A DNA stretch of 58,218 nt from IMG/VR virus record IMGVR_UViG_2140918032_000035; one strand, 5' to 3'. Source of the stretch: an uncultured virus (IMG/VR IMGVR_UViG_2140918032_000035) (lineage: Duplodnaviria; Heunggongvirae; Uroviricota; Caudoviricetes). Position numbers and translations under genes: made by a program. The stretch's first letter is position 1. Each line of letters begins with the position of its first letter. This document shows, piece after piece, positions 56,145 through 58,218 of this stretch. A model generated the notes under the pieces. It was not told the origin of the DNA and did no database searches. It saw only the letters and a program-made list of their open reading frames with translations.

Positions 56145-58218
56145 GTTTTAGAAAGTTAAAAGAATCACTCTACAAGGTGCCGTCGCGTGTCCAGGACACG
56201 ATCTATATCGAGTCCGTCAATCTTGACAAAGGCATCTTCTATCACGGTAAGGACATCTACACAAAGCAGTATGAGTTCTCCGATGTCAACTATGAGGTTA
56301 TCTCAGAAGATGATAAGGAAGCCATTGTAAGCAAGTGGTGTCAGCTTATCAATTCGTTTTCTGCCGGCGGTGAGTTCAAGATCACAATGAACAACCGTAA
56401 GATCGACGAGGCTACGCTCGAAAAGTCCGCGTTCCTTGCAGACCAGAATGACGGTCTGGATGATTACAGACACGACCTCAACGAGAACCTCAGAGAGAAG
56501 CTCGCAGCCTGCAACAACCTCGATACGCAGCTCGTTCTCACATTGCGCGTTACAGCTCGCGACTATGTCGATGCCGCTATGCAGTTTGAACAGATGGAGA
56601 AGTCCACCAGAGTCATCCTTTCCGAGATCGGCTCTGACCTGACACCTCTTTCTGCTATGGACAGAATGCGTATTCTTTACAACATTTACAGAAACGGTGA
56701 AGAGGACTTCTATGCCTTCGATCCGCACAAGGGATTCTATCTCCACGACTTCAAGGACTACATCTGTCCTGATTCCATCGAGGTCAATCCCGACTATCTC
56801 AAGCTCGGTGAAAAGTATGTCAGAACCCTGTTCCTCAAGGATTATGACAGTGCTGTTGCCGATACCGTTCTGCACAACACATTGAACCTGCCGAAGACTG
56901 CCTGCCTTTCCATCGATGTCAAGGTCATGGATCCTTCTGCAGCCAAGGAGCTTCTCGATAAGCACCTGTTCAATGTCTCCGGTGACATTACCAAGTGGCA
57001 GATGTCCCAGAACAAGCACGAGAACTACACAGCTGAGATCCCTTACGATCTCAAGCAGCCTCGTGAAGAAGCAGAACAGCAGTTGGCTGACCTCGTTGAG
57101 CACGGTCAGAACCTCTGCTATACCTGGGTATCCATCATGCTGATGGCGGATTCTCTTGACGAACTCGACGCTGACACCCAGCTCGTCATCAAGAACGGCC
57201 GTAAGAACAACATTCAGTTGATGGTAATGCCTCAGTATCAGATAGAGGCTCTTAACACTGCCATTCCGGTTGGCGTTAACCTGCATCTGATGAGCCGTCT
57301 CCTTATGACGGTCTGCCTCGCAACGCTTATGCCGTTCAGAACGCAGAACATCATGCACGATAACGGTGTCTATTACGGAGTCAATCCTCTGTCGAAGAAA
57401 CTTATCACCGTCAACCGTGATAACCTCATCAACCAGAACTCGTTTGTACTCGGTGCTCCGGGTGCAGGTAAGTCGTTTATCAGCAAGTCTGAGATCGCTT
57501 CCCTCGTACTTCGTGGCGATACCGATGTTATCATCATCGATCCTGAGTCTGAGTACGGTTCACTTGTTAAGGAACTCGGCGGAGAGCTTGTCATTCTTGA
57601 TGCCGCACGCGACATCCATATCAACGCTCTCGACTTGAACCAGGACTACGCCGAAGAGTCATCGAACCCTATCGCCGTTAAGTCCGACTTCCTTATGTCC
57701 ATTATCGCCCGTATCAACGGCGGTAACTTGACAGCTGAAGAGTCTTCGATCATTGACCGTTGCTTGGCAAAGGTCTATAAACCTTTCATCAAGAACCATT
57801 ACCAGGGCACACCGCCTACGCTCGTTGACTTCAAGGAAGAACTTGCCCGCCAGGGCGATCCGGTATCCCAGAGACTCGCTCTCTCAATCGAGTTGTTCAC
57901 GGACGGTTCCTTGAACCTGTTTGCAAAGCAGAGCAATGTTAATATCAACAGTACGCTTGTCTGCTACGACATTTTGAACCTTGGTCGTCAGCTCAAGCCT
58001 CTCGCAATGCTCATCACACTCGATGCCATCTTCAACAGAATGGCCAAGAACAGATACCTCAAGCGCAAGACTGCTATCTTCATCGACGAGATCTACTTGC
58101 TCTTCCAGGATCCGTACTCCGAGCAGTATCTTATGACACTCTGGAAGCGTTGCCGTAAGTACGGCGGTCGTATGACGGGTATTACACAGAACATCGAAGA
58201 CCTCCTGGCCTCCGACTC
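56141..58218 (+). CDS. virB4: VirB4/TraE conjugative ATPase, 3'-truncated by window end
   Basis: Frame from 56141 carries YYGVN, GAPGAGKS (57452), IIDPESEY, IFIDE, RKYGG..TGITQN. Confidence 0.93.
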   Translation, partial: MSFRKLKESLYKVPSRVQDTIYIESVNLDKGIFYHGKDIYTKQYEFSDVNYEVISEDDKEAIVSKWCQLINSFSAGGEFKITMNNRKIDEATLEKSAFLADQNDGLDDYRHDLNENLREKLAACNNLDTQLVLTLRVTARDYVDAAMQFEQMEKSTRVILSEIGSDLTPLSAMDRMRILYNIYRNGEEDFYAFDPHKGFYLHDFKDYICPDSIEVNPDYLKLGEKYVRTLFLKDYDSAVADTVLHNTLNLPKTACLSIDVKVMDPSAAKELLDKHLFNVSGDITKWQMSQNKHENYTAEIPYDLKQPREEAEQQLADLVEHGQNLCYTWVSIMLMADSLDELDADTQLVIKNGRKNNIQLMVMPQYQIEALNTAIPVGVNLHLMSRLLMTVCLATLMPFRTQNIMHDNGVYYGVNPLSKKLITVNRDNLINQNSFVLGAPGAGKSFISKSEIASLVLRGDTDVIIIDPESEYGSLVKELGGELVILDAARDIHINALDLNQDYAEESSNPIAVKSDFLMSIIARINGGNLTAEESSIIDRCLAKVYKPFIKNHYQGTPPTLVDFKEELARQGDPVSQRLALSIELFTDGSLNLFAKQSNVNINSTLVCYDILNLGRQLKPLAMLITLDAIFNRMAKNRYLKRKTAIFIDEIYLLFQDPYSEQYLMTLWKRCRKYGGRMTGITQNIEDLLASD

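Larger units (their letters stand above)
1..58218 (+). mobile_element. Segment of a giant conjugative element (megaplasmid/ICE), boundaries outside window
   Basis: Relaxase plus VirD4/VirB4/PrgI module, adhesin-sortase pair, TA system, dense co-oriented hypothetical genes, no core chromosomal operon. Confidence 0.8.

Noticed and set aside
14133..57358. Long minus-strand ORFs (e.g. 20335-21480, 22884-23780, 53184-54035, 56303-57358)
   Set aside because: Antisense shadows of strongly codon-biased + strand genes, with no RBS or recognisable motifs

Overview
A 58-kb segment of what appears to be a very large conjugative element (megaplasmid or giant ICE) of a Clostridia-like Firmicute. All supportable genes are on the + strand and no conserved chromosomal housekeeping operon is visible. 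The right end holds a relaxase and a Gram-positive T4SS module: VirD4, a pilin-like protein, a VirB6-like protein, PrgI and VirB4, which runs off the window. The rest contains an AbiE-type toxin-antitoxin pair, a 2637-aa sortase-anchored adhesin (S8-like, NlpC/CHAP-like, SpaA and VaFE modules) with a class B sortase, and phage-like accessory enzymes (HAD nucleotidase, ADP-ribosylglycohydrolase, DUF488-like, guanylate kinase-like). It also has two orphan PemK/ToxN-fold proteins, tRNA-Thr(CGU), a complete tmRNA and many small hypothetical proteins. Main unexplained signals: (1) about 17 unrelated, mostly cytoplasmic proteins share a C-terminal Gly-Arg motif written with varied codons, a candidate T4SS export tag; (2) six promoters carry a TTGTCGGnTAnnGCAT box exactly 50 bp before the -10 hexamer; (3) a tandem H-type pseudoknot RNA follows the tRNA, and there are other structured leaders and a candidate sRNA; (4) two diverged copies of an iteron-like non-coding module lie 40 kb apart. 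Three N-gaps (23875-23908, 28890-28949, 50622-50666) interrupt genes. All family calls come from motif recognition by eye, not database searches.
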